This document shows, in pieces, positions 61,601 through 64,000 of a stretch of DNA of 64,000 nt (positions within the stretch are counted from its first letter, which is position 1; every line of letters begins with the position of its first letter). Position numbers and translations under genes: made by a program. Below the pieces are notes generated by a model. That model saw only the letters and a list, made by a program, of their open reading frames with translations, had not been told where the DNA came from and made no database searches. The DNA comes from Eledone cirrhosa (Eukaryota), in assembly GCA_964016885.1 (NCBI GenBank), contig OZ024740.1, positions 434,186,001-434,250,000 of the forward strand, written 5' to 3'.

Positions 61601-62490
61601 ATGTTGTAAAATTTGACTCAAACTGCCGGCAATTTCACATTTGCAAAATATGCATTTGTCTTTAGTTATATCATTCTTGCCCACTTCCAACCAAAAAGAA
61701 AACTTTTCATCGTACAACTATTTGGACGGACGCTTCCTTTCATATGATGCCCATCTAGCCTTCTTCTTATCTGCTGCTTTACGTTCGTTATCTGAAGAAT
61801 GTTCTTGTTTCACAGTTCTATCACTCGTATCTGGTTCAAGTTAGTTCTATAAGTTTTATTTGAATTAATTAAACTATTAAAAACATCACATACCGTTTAC
61901 ATGTAGGTTATAAGAATTCTGCTTTCTGTGTTCAGATTGATACGGCGTGGTTGTATAAATTAGCTCTGTAAAATTAAATCTAATCTATCAAACTTTTGAA
62001 TAAAAAATTCACGCACCTTTTACACCAGTTTGATTCCTGTGTTATGACAGATATCGCGTGGTAAACTGGACATATTCTTCCCCAAAATTTACAGACGCCC
62101 TTGACCTCATAAATCAACATGCGCTTGCATGCACTAGTCTCGTCTGCATTCTCACGTGCTTTTATTTTTGTGAAGCTCCGAAACGCGCGTATGTGAAAAT
62201 GCGCTCAATCAATGCGTCAAAACATGAATTTTATAAACTGATGGCAAGATCACTAAAACGTACAGCAAATTCGTTCGAACGTACAGCACATCAAAATTTT
62301 GAGCAAAACGTTCAGTTTTGTACGAACGTACAGTCATCGGCAGCGCTGGTACATATCTCTTGTGTAATGAACCTAAACAAGGTACATATCTCTTGTGTAA
62401 TGAACCTAAACAAGGTACATATCTCTTGTGTAGTGGACCTTAACAAGGTACATATCTCTTGTGTAGTGGACCTAAACAAGGTACATATCT
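58622..62490. repeat. 33-bp minisatellite (AACAAGGTACATATCTCTTGTGTAGTGAACCTA) split by a hAT insertion
   Basis: Array runs 58622-59600 and resumes at 62349-62490. Confidence 0.96.
59601..62348 (-). mobile_element. hAT DNA transposon with a fragmented transposase
   Basis: 12-bp perfect TIR CAGCGCTGCCGA and 8-bp TSD GTACATAT; motifs CDNASVMMG, CVCHSLHL, TRWLS, LPHSSTAAERIFS (hATC). Confidence 0.95.
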
Positions 62491-62674
62491 GGAATAAAGA
62501 AGGTACTGTGAGAAGAAGCGGTGGGTCGGGGTTTGACTAGTTAATATGTAATATTAACTAGAGAATTTTGAAGTTATGTTAACATTGATAGATGAGACTA
62601 CTTGGCTGTTAGCAAATATATTGACAATGAGGCAAAATATGTAGGTTTGCATCAATAATAGACAGAAAGAAAAA

Positions 62675-62855
62675 TAATTGTTTCTACGTTTGGCACAAGG
62701 GCAGCAATTATCCAGTGCATTACTGGTACTTTATTTTATCGACCTCATAAGGATGAAAGGCAAAGTTAACCTCGGCGGGATTTGAACTCAGAATGGCAAG
62801 CGCCGTAACTCTAAGCATCAAAGCATGGCGTCCGACCCTCTCCCATTACTGCCAA
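62675..62855 (-). mobile_element. tRNA/Meta-type SINE
   Basis: Reverse complement closely matches 36480-36660. Confidence 0.8.
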
Positions 62856-63293
62856 TCAATAAGCTAAAGACTAGTACAGGTAAATACAAATAACTAAGTA
62901 AGTGTTGATGTTCTCTTTCACTCACTGCCTCCACCTCTCTCTCTCTCCCCATCTCTTACTATTAAATGGGGGCCCATGAACTAGCCACACCACGGCTCTG
63001 GCGGTCACAATAGAGATACATTGCAAGAGCTGTTTCACATTGCTCCAAGTTGTATCAGCCATTGCCTTTCCTTGGACAGCATGGAGAGGGGAGACCGGTA
63101 TGCAAGGGGAACTGCTGGTCTTCAACAAACACACCTTGCCCAGACTTGGGCCTGGGAGGGAACTTTCGAGTTACTAATCCTATAGTCATTACTGACCCAA
63201 GAGGGTCTTTACCCCTTTTACAGTAGCATCCGTTGATTATTGATTCTGATTGAGATTAGCACTTTGATTAGTGACGTATTGTCTCTGTTTCAG

Positions 63294-63339
63294 GAAGGTA
63301 TACCTGACTGTCCTACATATACGGTGAAGTCCAAAGAAA
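63294..63339 (+). CDS. SLC44A: SLC44A/CTL exon, EGIPDCPTYTVKSKE
   Basis: tttcag| acceptor and |gtaagt donor; phase 0 in, phase 1 out; CTL CPxYxxxS motif. Confidence 0.85.
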
Positions 63340-63870
63340 GTAAGTTAACCATTTTCTATAATATCCTCATCCGTAAGTTATTATTTTTGATAAAAGACTA
63401 TGATCGTCTGTTAGAGAACTAGGAGTCAGTGAATATATAATATAGAAGAGGGAGAGAAGTGGTGTGTGTGGTGGTGTGGTGTGGTTGTGGTGGGTGTGGT
63501 TTGGTGTGGTGGTGTGTGGCTATGTGATGGTATGGCTGTGTGGTGGTGTGGTGTGGTGTGTTGGTTGTGTGGTGATATGGTTGGTGCAGCCAGTTGTTGG
63601 GGTGCCACACAGGTAGAGAGAATACCCTGATGTCCGGCAGTGGTATCCATAGGGATGTACAGGTCTATTTGGTTCTCACTTGACTATTGGCTCTAAAACT
63701 TTTCTCAGCCATACCCCAGAATCTTGTCAGGTTAAACTTAGTGAAGGACTTGTAGAGGAGAACCTGCAAGTATTTGTAGGCCCACTGAAATGCCATGATA
63801 AACGGTGAAATAGTTATACAATCTATCTTATCTGAGACGTTCATGAGTTCTTTGTTAATATTATTTCCAG

Positions 63871-63979
63871 TGGTGAAGAGATGTGTTCCTGATATTGTTG
63901 AAATTGGTAGCATGGCCTTTGATATTGACGTTTCTAACAATCAAACCGTGAAGAAAAATGATCTGTTAAGTTCAGCAAA
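63871..63979 (+). CDS. SLC44A: SLC44A/CTL exon, (M)VKRCVPDIVEIGSMAFDIDVSNNQTVKKNDLLSSAK
   Basis: ttccag| acceptor and |gtaagt donor; phase fits; CTL RCxP motif and an N-glycosylation sequon NQT. The gene continues past the window. Confidence 0.85.
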
Positions 63980-64000
63980 GTAAGTCTTTAATTATTCATT

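Overview
AT-rich, repeat-dense eukaryotic (metazoan) DNA. The tRNA-derived SINEs, RTE LINEs and (TA)n/(CA)n load suggest an octopod cephalopod (inference). The backbone is the 5' part of a + strand choline transporter-like gene (SLC44A/CTL2-4-5 type): seven short GT-AG exons (8664-63979) join in frame, and one intron is 36 kb. The introns hold an intact PHD-finger RTE LINE plus several related copies from three subfamilies packed into one TA-rich satellite, two RTE-BovB-type LINEs (C2H2 fingers), a decayed CR1-type LINE and a Penelope-like element with inverted pseudo-LTRs. They also hold minimal hammerhead ribozymes, a DD37D (maT) Tc1/mariner element, a deleted Helitron, a hAT element with TIRs and an 8-bp TSD, SINEs and many minisatellites. 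Three observations stand out. (1) A 54-bp minisatellite built from an exon end plus its splice donor forms about 22 potential in-frame 45-nt cassette exons. (2) A 5.7-kb array has a 28-bp unit that reads as a complete GT...branch point...AG mini-intron. (3) Twin hammerheads sit in a near-perfect inverted repeat. Most ORFs in the supplied track are microsatellite or minisatellite artefacts. Element boundaries are read by eye and may be off by a few bases.
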